Of a stretch of 64,000 bases of DNA, positions 23,384 through 34,700 are shown one piece after another; the first letter of the stretch is position 1; every line of letters starts with the position of its first letter. This DNA comes from Macrostomum hystrix (Eukaryota > Animalia > Platyhelminthes), in contig CATNEN010000037.1 in NCBI GenBank assembly GCA_950097015.1, positions 1,550,001-1,614,000 on the forward strand, given 5' to 3'. The notes under the pieces were generated by a model. It did not search any database, had not been told where the DNA came from, and saw nothing but the letters and a program-made list of their open reading frames with translations. A program made the translations under genes and the position numbers.

Positions 23384-25110
23384 TTAGGTATTCCGAGGCG
23401 CAACTCGCACCTTAAACCGACGTGGCATGGCGAACAGCAGGTTGCTGTTCTCGTGAAACGAATCCGCGCCCTGGTCCTCCGGGCATTGGACAAACTCGAA
23501 TGACTGCACAAGAAGCAGCGTGGTCAAGAAGGTGGTCTTCTTGGCGATCGACTCGCCCAGACAGACGCGAGGCCCGGCACCGAAGGACAAGAAGCCGCGC
23601 TTATGCGGTGCCAGCTGGCCATCTTCCATCAGGAAGTGCTCCGGCTTGAACTTTGTCGGTTCTGGAAACGTCACCGGATCGTAGTGGCAACGATAGATTG
23701 ACAGCATCACCTGGGTGCCCTGGGGCAGCAGATAGTTGCCAAGCTGGCAGTCCTCGTAGCACTCGCGAGGAATGAACGACAGCAGCGGCCAGAACCGCAT
23801 CACCTCGTGCAGGAAGGCGTCGGTGTACGGCAGGCGGTGCCGCTCGGACAGTCGCGGAGTGGAATCGCCGAACACCGAACGAATCTCTTCGTAGCAGCGA
23901 GCCTGCATCTCCGGATGATCGCACAGGGCCCAGACTGTCCAATAGAGGGTCAGACTGGTTGTATCCGTGCCAGCAGTGAAAATGTCCATCAGGGTCTGAC
24001 GCAAGTGAACATCTTGGAACAAGTGACTGCGGAACAATGTGTCAGTACCTGCTTTGTATTGGGCCTCTATAACAATAATTTTAATTTGAGGATGACAAGG
24101 TACGATAACAAGGTAAGTTAGTTTAGGCAAGGGAGGATTGTTGAAAACAAATAGCTGTTTAAGATTTAGACTCGTGTATCAGTGTAAGCACGCAATTCAG
24201 AAATCCTGACTCACCCCTGCCCAGAACTTATGGCCTGCCTCTGCTCCTGAACCAGGAAGTCTAAGATGTCATTTAGCTCATTTGGATTGAAGTTTCTCTG
24301 CCGATCAGCTACCAGCTTCTTGGCCCACTCAAGCAAGCCGTCAATGCACGAGAGAAACTCGCGAGTACTAGACATAGGAAGAAACCTCAGAACTGGCAGG
24401 ACATCTACCAGGAGACCCTTCTGTATGCTCTGATTTACGCTCTCGAGGTTCTTTCGTAGCCAAAGAAACTCGGGATCATTCGGTGTGTACTCCTTGCTGA
24501 ACGACATGCGACACTGAAGATTGTAGGTCAGCAGATAGATTGTCTCGTACAAGTCTTTCGGCTCTGTGCCCTGTTCAGCGAAGTACTTTGACACACTGTC
24601 AAACGAGTCCAAAATGAACTGCTCAAGCCTATCAGCCTGAGCAAACACGCGGAACGCCGAGAAAGCAGATTTGCGGTGATAGCGCCACCGCTCACTGTTA
24701 GGCGCAGCAAAGATGTCGTTTCTGTCTTCCGTTGCGTAAGTGAACGAAAACAGGCCAGTACTCCTGTTGCTCAGATGCTTGCTCAACAGACCCTCCAACA
24801 CCAACTCTGGCTTCATGACGAGTACCATGTCGATCAGTCCGATCCTAATTGTAGCCATGTCACCATAGTCATTGGCAAGCTTGTCAGTGACGGCCTGGGC
24901 CGCCTCTCTGCCCGACTTACTGAACAATTCGAGATTACCCAACAGCGGGTAGCCTCGGGGTCCTGGCGGCATCGGGTAGTGCGCTTTGCGGATCATTCGA
25001 CGAACTAGCCATACCGTGGCGGTCGATACAGCGATCACGGCGAATGCCGCAGTCAATTATCTCTGGCTATCTGGGATCGTCAGAAGTGACCAGATATCGG
25101 TTAAAGTCAT
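23384..25110 (-). pseudogene. Cytochrome P450 (clan-2-like) paralogue 1 with a premature stop at codon 18
   Basis: Exons 25110-24215 and 24026-23384. Motifs PPGP, WRYHRK, AGTDT, EVMR, PEHF and FGAGPRVCLGE. The frame reads ATG ACT TTA...CAG AGA TAA TTG, with TAA at 25059-25057; the rest is open. Confidence 0.75.
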
Positions 25111-25512
25111 TTTTCTCTTTAGACTGCTGAAAGTCGGAGCAAAAATATATTTAATATAAACTGGTGACAATCATTTGGGTAGAAAACGAAACTTTCTAGT
25201 CCATTCGTAACTATTCTTGGCGGTAGGAATCAATAACCCGCTCTTCTTCTTTATCAAAAACTATCAGCATACACACAAAAATGAAGACAAGGACTGGACG
25301 CTCGGTCTTTAATAAGTGCATATCGCAAAAATCTACTGGAATAAAGACTTATTCATAACTTATATAATAGCTTATTCACGCATTGTAGTCGCAGTCAAAC
25401 TTTAGTTATTTCAATGAAGCATAAAAAGCAGCGAGCATTTCATTATTATAGTACTTGCTCAATACTCTGAAATCGGCTCTGGGGTCTGTGACCCGTCAAT
25501 AGTCACTCGATC

Positions 25513-27142
25513 TTATGGCTGGCCACGTGGCCGAATTTGCACCTTGAAGCGCCGGGGCAGTTGAAAGAACAGGGGATTACAATCGTTGCTAAAACCATCG
25601 GCTCCTTTGTCCTCCGGGCATTGAACAAACTCGAAGGACTGCACAAGCATGGTAGTAATGAGGAAGATTGACTTCTTGGCGATCGACTCGCCCAAGCACA
25701 CTCGCGTTCCAGCGCCGAAAGCTAGGAAGCCGCGCTTGTGCGGTGCCAGCTGGCCATCTTCCGTCAGGAAGTGCTCCGGCTTGAACTTTGTCGGTTCTGG
25801 AAACGCCGACGGGTCGTAGTGGCAACGATAGATTGACAGCATCACCTGGGTGCCCTGGGGCAGCAGGTATCCACCCAGGCTATAGTCATCGTGGCACTCT
25901 CTGGGAATCATGGACACTAGCGGCCAGAACCGCATGACCTCGTGCAGGAAGGCGTCGGTGTACGGCAGGCGGTGTCGCTCGGACAGTCGCGGAGTGGAAT
26001 CGCCGAACACCGAACGAATCTCTTCGTAGCAGCGAGCCTGCATCTCCGGATGATCGCACAGGGCCCAGACCGTCCAATAGAGGGTCAGACTGCTTGTGTC
26101 TGTGCCAGCAGTGAAAATGTCCAGCAGTGTCTGACGCAGGTGAACATCTTGGAACAGATCTCTGTGAAAATAAAGAAAAAGAACATGATGTAGAGTACCA
26201 GGAACATGTGAGCAAAGAACCAGTGCAAGCTCACCCTTGGCCAGAGTCAGCGGCGTTTTTCTGTTCCAAAAACAAAAAGTCTAAAATGTCGTTTAGCTCG
26301 GCGGGATTAAACTTTCGCTTCCGATCGTCGCACAGCTTACGAGCCCAGTCGAGAACACAGTCGGACGCCGCTAAGAAGCGCTTGTTGCTTCCCAAAGGCA
26401 GATACCTCAGCAGAGGCACAAAGTCAGCCAGCAGGCCGCCGAGGAAAAAGCTATTGAGAAGGTCCATTGAGTCGCGCAGACGAATGAACTCAGGATCCTG
26501 GGGTGTGTACTCTTTACTGAATGTCATGCGGCACTGTAGGTTGTAGATCATCAAGTAGATAATTGAGTAGACGTCAATTGGATCTTTAGAGCCCTGCGCA
26601 AGATAATTTGACGCGCTGTCGAATGAGTCCACAATAAAGTTTTCCAGCTTGTCGCCCTGGGCGAACATTCTGAACGCTGAGTAGGTTGACTTCCGGTGGT
26701 ATCGCCAGCGCTTGTCATTCGGCGCAGCAAAAATATCGTTCATGTTCTCTGTGAAGTAGTCCAGAGTAAAGAATGCGGAGCTGCGGTTGCTCATCTGTTT
26801 GCTCAGCAAGGCTTCCTGAACCAGGTCCGGGCCCAGCACAAGCACGATGGTGTTAGAACCAACCTTCACCGTCACCATGTCTCCGTAGTCCTTGGCCATT
26901 TGGTCAGCGCGACCCACTGAACCCTCGCGGCCAGCCTTACTCACTAGGCTCAGATCGCCAACAAGGGGCCAAGAAAATGGTCCCGGCGGCAGCCTATACT
27001 TTGCTCTCCGTCGCACGTGCCGCAAAAGCAAGGCGGTGGCAGTCACGGCGGCGACTGCAGCAACAGCTGCTCGAGCGCTGCGACTCTGTGGCAGCCACTG
27101 TCCGGAGCGGAAAGCTGACCAAATCTCGGCCACGGACGCCAT
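25513..27142 (-). CDS. Cytochrome P450 (clan-2-like) paralogue 2, 518 aa
   Basis: Exons 27142-26235 and 26161-25513 (phase-2 intron at the same position as paralogue 1). N-terminal anchor, PPGP, AGTDT, EVMR, PEHF and heme motif FGAGTRVCLGE. Confidence 0.92.
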
Positions 27143-28102
27143 GCGAAACATGTTACAAGGCAATTTATAAGAAAGATTCACTTCAAAAATTGAAAAGAGC
27201 TTCCAGTTCTGCTCAGTTCGCAACCTGTCGTCGAGGTCTTTCGTTCTCCACCTATGATCTTTATTAGCAGGAAAGCAGATTTCGAACTTCGATATGACAA
27301 GCGCTCTCAGCAGACATAGCAAACAAGCGCAAGATAATTTAAATAGAAAATGTGCTGCAGCAATGCTTGATAAGATACCCTCATGTGTACTCTAGTGCTT
27401 GCCTGGCCACACTGGACTGGAAAGTGCTGTCAATTAACTTAACTATTTGCACAGACTAACCCGTGACATGGCAGCTACAGTCCTAAATGCGAGCTAGTGT
27501 TTACCTAACTCTAAAACAAACAAAGATAAAAATTTGTCGGTCACTACACTCTAAGAACTCAAATAGAATTGTTTGAAAAGTATTCGAAAAACGAAGCAGA
27601 AAACTCAACTGTCTGATATATGCTTTAATTTGATTATTAAAAATGTCTATGGAAAGCTAAAAATGTTGCAAAATACTTCTTATAACAAACTGCTTTTACG
27701 TCCGAGCAGGTCTTTATATTTTTCTGTTCATTTAAAATGCATTACATTTTTATAAAATAAAAAAACTAAAATAACGTATAATAATCATTTCAAGATTTGA
27801 CGCTTGTACCAAATTAAACGCGCTTAAAAAAATAATAAAATACTATTTGTAATACTAACAAATAAATATTTCTTGCAATGCAACGAAGTATAACAATTTT
27901 CGAACGAGAATGCCATTGGTTATTTAATGGTTTAATGGTTTGAGTTGCATCCAGGCAAGGGTGCAAAAAGGGCCAAAACAAAGCAAAAAAGGGCAGTTCA
28001 AGCCGCAGAATACTCGAAAAAATTATCCGCGCAATAACAATAGCTCTGTGTACACGTAATTCACCTGTTTAACTACTGTAAACAAAAAGACACGCGACCT
28101 GG

Positions 28103-29522
28103 TTACTCCAACGGGTCCAATTTGGCCAGACTGAACTCGTAGTGACGCTCCTCTGTGAGGGTCAAGCCGAACATTGTAACAGGCTTAGTCCTGACCAGAT
28201 CAAAGCCCAACGACTCGTAGATTCGGATAGCGTGAGGCTGAGCTGTGCTCACCTGCAGCTCTACCTGGCTGTAGCCGAGCCGGCGCGAATGCAGCATCGC
28301 GTGCCGGCAGAGAATAGCGCCGAGGCCGTCCCCGCGATGTGAAGCCGGCACGCCGACGCGTTGCAGCTCGCAGACGCCGCCGCTCTTGTTGTTAACTTGG
28401 TTCGACAAGTGCAAACAGGCAATTGTGCCGACGAGCGTTTCGCGGCAACTGGAAAATGTCAGAGTGCAGTTGAACACTGTGAGTGTGAACTCCACCTTAC
28501 ACAAACGGTGTTCTCATCATCAGGCAGTGTAAACACTCGCTAGGACTTGACCCTCGTGGGCATAAATTGGACAGGCTACTAAGCCTTTTGTCGGGGGATC
28601 AGTGGCAGAGCGTTTAACGCGCCTGCCTCTCGCACCAATGTCCCTGAGGTCGATTTCGCGGTGAGGCCCAATTAAATTGGGGCGCAGCCACGGAGAGAAG
28701 GCTTGGGGGCTTGTGCAATTTACGCCCTTGAAGGACAACCTACAAGGCGCAGTGAGAGTGTACACTGCCTGTAGAGAGTCAGGGCAGATGTACACGCCCT
28801 GTGTGTGAGTGCCTGAGTACGGTATCTGTGTGCGTATGTGCTCAGGAGTCAGCGAAATGGGCAGAATTGCCTCCTTGCTGGCTGCAGTTCTAGTGTCACA
28901 AAATGGCGCGCCATTGCCTGCAGCCCTCCTGCAATAATTATTATTATTAAGCCTTTTGTTCGCCTATTTCAAAACTAAAAGCCACGTGCCTGTGACGAAT
29001 CTGATCTGTACTCGGAAAAAGAGAAACAGACACTTCCAGTGCATCAATTTTTTTTCTTCATTAATATTCTTCGACTTACTCGGTAGTAGTAGAATCCGGA
29101 GCAGCAAAAAATGAGCCATATATTCTATTAGGCGGTCGAGTCCAATAGCGACCAAAATTTTCATAGTCCGGCAATGTCCAAACGAAGCGGCAGACTATCA
29201 GCTGCAGCAGGCCGTAGCGCAGAGCTGGCGGCAGCAGCAGGGGGGCAGCCGCAGGCCAGATCTGACGCCAACAGGCTAAGCGCCATTGTCCATCAAAAAG
29301 CCAGGCGGCCACAGTCACAGCTAACAGGCTGGAGGCGACTAGAACAGGCTTACTGTAGGCTAACTGGCATGATATTCGATCAGTTGTCCAGGTGTATGGC
29401 AGCAGGCCGACACTACGGAAGTTCTCAGCCTCAGATTCGGTCAGTGGCCTTATGTTCACCTGAACACCTTTGCGAGTGATAGCAGTACCAGTGCCATCTG
29501 GCCTAGTGATATGTCGTGCCAT
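28103..29522 (-). CDS. NAT8/Camello-like GNAT N-acetyltransferase, 262 aa
   Basis: Exons 29522-29080 (GA|GTAAGT) and 28448-28103. A hydrophobic insert precedes the GNAT core ELQRVGVPASHRGDGLGAIL...AIRIYESLGF. Confidence 0.8.
28593..28950 (+). mobile_element. tRNA-derived SINE family A, full-length
   Basis: Head GGGGGATCAGTGGCAGAGCGTTTAACGCG...GAGGTCGATTTCGCGGTGAGGCCC, family A body, and an (ATT)n tail. Confidence 0.8.
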
Positions 29523-29629
29523 GCTTTGCAGCTGAAGTTAATGAGGGTATGGTTTGTAGTCTAGTGACTAAAGCCTAAGTGCCTCTTAAATTAAACTTAC
29601 AAATTTGTGTCCAATAGAAAGATACATTT

Positions 29630-29770
29630 AATTCAGTATTGCTTCAGTTCAGCTGTTAAAGTGGTACCAGCATCACCTCTATTGAATTAATCAGAGGTAT
29701 ATTGAGGGTGGGTGTGGTGTTGCTCTAGTCCATAGATTGAACATTTTTTCTGATGTGTGACAGTCGCTGT
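29630..29770 (+). mobile_element. SINE family B fragment
   Basis: TTGCTTCAGTTCAGCTGTTAAAGTGGTACCAGCAT...TTGAGGGTGGGTGTGG...AGTCCATAGATTGAACA. Confidence 0.65.
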
Positions 29771-31572
29771 GCTATTAGGCCTTCATATCTTAAATTTATT
29801 GTTTAATTCAAGACAACAAATTTAAATTAGCATTTAACAATGAGCAAAGTTAAGTTTAAGAAGTAACTAAAATCTGGGCTTAAAAAGCTTATTAATGTAT
29901 AGGTCCTCGAATCTATGTTTTGAGTGTTTATTGTAATTGCTTGCTATTAGGCCCAATCCTATCATACCAGTAAGAATAAGCTAGTGATCAGGCATTCTGG
30001 CATCTAAGTTAGCAAATGCAAGTGTATTTTTTGTCTGTAGCTGCAATAAAGCATATATAAATGTTCAATGTTATCTGATTAATTTAAATTCAAATTATAT
30101 GTGAATTTACTAATACTCATTTCTTCACCACTAGCTTTTGCATACTAGGTGACTTGCAATTCAACTTGCAAGCTAAAAAATCTGTATTGTGAGATCACAA
30201 ATTTGAGCTACATCACACATTTTTACTACTCAGGAAAAATAATAAAGACAAAAAAATAACATGAATCTATAGGCCCAAAACTTAAATATTTAGTCACCTT
30301 GCTTTCCGTTTTTTAATCATTATTATTTAAATTTACTTTTTGAGCTTTATGCTTTTTCTTACTATTTAGCTAGTATTTATTTGTAACATTTCATATATTT
30401 CCAACACTCTATGTTTGTTTCTAACATGCAACACTTAGTCTTCTGCCTTTAGTTTATTTGAACAGCCATATCTAACAAATTCAATAGGTGTTATAATGAA
30501 GTTATCAGGCCAAGTGGTAGTCAATTAGTCCCCGACCGAAAATAAATGTCCTCTCAAAAACAGTAAGTGTGCCAGTTGTGCCACAAATATGCCCTTTGGC
30601 ACAGTTATAACTGTCTTTGTCTGTCCTGTTTGGCACAAGTGGCACAAATAACCTTTTGTACGATAATTGCCCATTGAAACCAATTGGCACACTTGGCACA
30701 CTTGTAACAAATGTGCCAGTTGTGCCACAGCTATGCCCTTTTGCACAGTTGTAAATGTCTTTGTCTGTCCCTCTTGGCACATTTAACATTGTTATTGCTA
30801 ATTGACCACGAAAACCAATTGGCACGTACTTGGCGCACTTGTAACAAATGTGCCCGTTGTGCCACAAATATGCTCTTTGGCACAGTTATAACTGTCTTTG
30901 TCTGTCCTCTTTGTGCTCACCAGGCATAGTAAACAAAGCTTATATTTTAGGTACGAAATATATAATTGACTGTTTGTTTGCCAGTACGAGCTATCTCGGC
31001 CTTGGCTTGTTATTTTTGCTCTCTTGCTGAATAGTTGGCTATAGACGAAATGTCGGGGGTGTGGGGGCAGAGCCCCCACTGGGGGTGTGGGGGCGAAGCC
31101 CCAACATGGTACTGCCATAGACAAATCATTAAGAAATCATTAAGAAAAAGAAAGAAAAGGAAGACTATACGTTTAATCGGCCTAGGCCGTTAAATGACTG
31201 GCTTAGGCCAGTTAAATGAAAATACACTGTGGAGATAGGCAACTAGCTGGGCCAAGCTGGGGATTAAATAAGGTTACATCACTGTTGCCTTATCAGACAA
31301 TCAGACAGAACGAATATTTTATTTAGGGAGTACATGATTCGTATTGAATATCTGCACACTAATCCAATTTATTGCAGTGCAACAAAACAATGCAGTGCTG
31401 CAAGTGCCACGCAACGGCAACTATTTTGTGCCACACGTGCACCATCACTGGGGACGTGTTGCTATGTGACGAGCATTACAATGCATACCACGTTCCAGCG
31501 ATGCGACACCTCACAAGCCGTCTACCTGCCGTGCCCGTGCATGGAGTGCCAGCAACGTCCATCGTCGCCACT

Positions 31573-31675
31573 GGTGGGGGAGCTTTCGCGACCCCGAGCG
31601 CGCCTGGCGCGCTTCCCAATGCTGCCGCCTTCACGTGGCGGGACCGTCCGGACATACCCCCGGCGAAGTGCAGCG
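31573..31675 (+). ncRNA. Putative HDV/CPEB3-like self-cleaving ribozyme at the LINE 5' end
   Basis: P2 GCUGC 31621-25 / GCAGC 31670-74; P3 GCC/GGC closing L3 UUCACGU 31630-36; GU 31646-47; P4 CCGG 31648-51 / CCGG 31660-63; J4/2 CGAA 31664-67. P1 must be split (GGU 31573-75 plus CCC 31615-17, pairing with GGGACC 31640-45). Confidence 0.7.
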
Positions 31676-31740
31676 CTCACCCTGGACATCGTCTGGGGAC
31701 AGGACACCTCGGGTTTTTCCCAGCTGGACCAGCCTCACCG

Positions 31741-31797
31741 GCTCACCTGGCCCAGCTGCTCCTCCGAGCCGGCGACGTGGAGACCAACCCTGGGCCA
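31741..31797 (+). other. 2A-like StopGo peptide AHLAQLLLRAGDVETNPGP
   Basis: Exact D-V-E-x-N-P-G-P consensus, in frame just upstream of the APE domain. Confidence 0.9.
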
Positions 31798-34700
31798 CCA
31801 ACGTCGTACTCATGCGGTGGCTGCAGCACTAACGTCCACAGCTTTCACATTTTACAACTTAACGCCGCCGGCCTCCGCGCCCGTAAGCTCGAACTCCTCC
31901 ATTTCCTCGAGGCCAAGTCCATCGATGTCGCCTGTGTTCAGGAGACGAATTTGACGGCGACCGGGTCCCTCCCAAGACTGCCGGGCTGGCAATTTGCCGC
32001 CTGCAGGGACCGTCGAGCCAATCGCGCTGGCGAGCCGGCGGAGACGCCGCACGGCGGAGTCTGCTTCCTGATCAAAGAAGGTATCGACTTCTCCGAGATC
32101 CAGATGCCACCCCCCAAGGCTGTCAACTCGGCCACGGAAGCCTCCGCGGTCACTATTCACGACCCGCGTATCGGCCGCCCACTCTCGATCATTAACCTCT
32201 ATATCCCACCGGTCCGTGCAGGAGACGGACGGGTCAGCGACTTCGAACCAGACTGGCTCCCATCCGGCCCCGACACCGTTATCCTCGGCGACATTAACGC
32301 GCACCACGGGATGTGGGACGAGAGCTGCGAGACCGACGACGCCCTGGGGACCGAGTTCGAAAACTGGGCCACGACGTTCGACTACGTCGCGCTTAACGAT
32401 GGCTCCTTCACCAGAATCAGCCCCAGAGGCCTGACCAGCGCCCCGGACGTGACCTTTGTCCCGGCCAACTGGCAAGACCGGATGACCTGGAAGACGGAGG
32501 CACACATCGGATCCGACCATCTCCCTATCGTTATCGAGATTCGAAACAGCTCCAAGAGGCCCCCTAAGCAGAAACGGGTGACCCGCTTCGCCTACCATAA
32601 GGCAGACTGGACCCTATTCCGCGAGCTCATTTCCGAAGAACTCAAGCATTGGCAGCATCGCCCACCACGCTCGGTCGCTGGTGCAACCGATAAACTGAAC
32701 CACGCCATCCGTTCAGCCGCTCGAGGAGCGATTCCGCAGGGCTCGCGCCGAGCCCCAGTAGCATGGTGGTGCCCTGAGGCCGAAGCTGCGTGCACCGCCA
32801 GACGTCAGGCCCTCGAAGCTCTCCGCACGGATCCTGACAATGACGAGCTCGCCGCGGCGTATCAAGCCGCGGGTGCTTTCGCCACCGCGTCCATCCGTAG
32901 GGCCAAGGAGGCACTCTGGCAAGAATTCATATCCGACAACTACAATAAACTGGACTCGGCCGCGATCTGGAGAATAATTCGAGTTCTCGACGGGCGGACA
33001 CCGGCGGCCTGAACATCCGCAGCCATCAAGGACTCGGCCAACCGCTGCGCCACCACGAACTCACAAAAGGCCAACCTTTTCTGTAGAGAGTACGCAACAA
33101 TCGCGCAACTTCCTAAAGACAAAGTGCGGGACCACACAGTCAAACTTGAGGCCAGAAGAGCCCTTGATGAGCCCTGTGCGTGCAACGGACAACGCCTGGG
33201 AATGTGTGCTGACTTCGACCTAGAGGCGCTCACCCAAGCCCTCCGCGCCATCCCGAGCCGGTCCGCCCCAGGGCTAGACGGGATTTCCAACTTGATGCTG
33301 AAGAATCTGCCGCCAAAGGGGATCGAGCTCCTCCTCTTCAACATCAACCTTTCTTGGCGTAGCGGCCAGTGTTGCGCTGCCTGGAAAATCGGCGACATCA
33401 GGACGATACACAAGCCTAGGAAAAGCCCGGACGCGACCTCCAGCTACCGCCCTATCTGCCTCGGAAAGTCGCGGAACGTCTGGTTAACGAACGCCTCACA
33501 CACTACCTGGAGTCCGAGAACCTCATCCACCCGGCCCAGGCCGGCTTCCGCCGCGGTCGCTCTACCGAAGAGCAGATTGCCGCGGCATCCCAGTACGTCT
33601 TCGACGGCTTCCAGAAGAAAAAACCGGCAAACCGTACAGCGATGCTGTTTGGGGACTTCTCACATGCATACGAGTGCATGTGGCGACAGGCCCTCATCGC
33701 TAAGTTACGCCGTAAGAAAGTCCCGACCTGCACGCGCCGCTGGATTCACTCGCATATCTCCGATCGACGTGCCATTGTGACCTGGGACGGCAATCAGAGC
33801 CCCCAACGCCTCTTCCCTGAGGGCCTCCCCCAAGGCTCCGTCATCGCCCCGACTCTGTGGACGGTGTTCGTCGATGACCTGTTGGAGGATGCCCCAGAGG
33901 ACATCTTCTCTCTGGCGTACGCCGACGATACGACCTTTGGCGCACAAGGCACGAATTTGAAGACCTGTGAAGCAAGACTGCAAAGCGCGGCGAACTGGCT
34001 CGTCGTGTGGTGCACGACTTGGAAAGTCGACCTGAACAAATCCAAAACAGTCGTCACCTACTTCTCCCTCGACCCACGTGAGACAAACGGCAAGGCGAGA
34101 CCAAATATCAGACTCGGAGACATGCCAGCCCCATTCGAGGAACACCCCAAGATGCTGGGCGTGTACCTCGATTCACAGCTCACGTTCCGCCACCATGCGG
34201 CGGTCCAAAAGCGCAACCTGCAGAAGCGGACAGGCGCCCTGAGGTGCCTTGCTGGTCGAGACTGGGGGCGCGACCCGAGATCTCTCAGACAGCTTTACCG
34301 CACCTACGCGGAAGCGGCGGTCCTACACGGCGCCTCCTCTTGGATGAGCTTTGCGTCCGACGCCTGCCGCCGGGAAGTTGAGACCCAGCACCTCGCCGCA
34401 GCGCGCGTTATCTCGGGGTGCTGCCGATCCACCCCGACTGCCGCGCTCCTCAAAGAGGCCGGACTGGCTCCACTCAACACCTCGGCTACGGCCGCTGCGG
34501 CTACGCTGATGGAGAAAACCCGGCGAGCAAGACAACAGACACCGCTCAGAACGCTGGCCGAACTCGACGTTCAACCGAGAATCCGCGCTCACGGCAACCA
34601 CGGCGATTTCAGACGCAACTGGAGGACGGAGGCCAACGGCCTGATCGCCCGCGCGGGCCTCGCGGGATCCAAGCGCGAACCTGACAACGTGCCACCGCCT

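Noticed and set aside
31372-33012. 546-aa ORF read as a native LINE protein with an N-terminal zinc finger
   Set aside because: The first 67 codons continue in frame after the LINE tail (35702), so they are better explained as the interrupted transposon gene.
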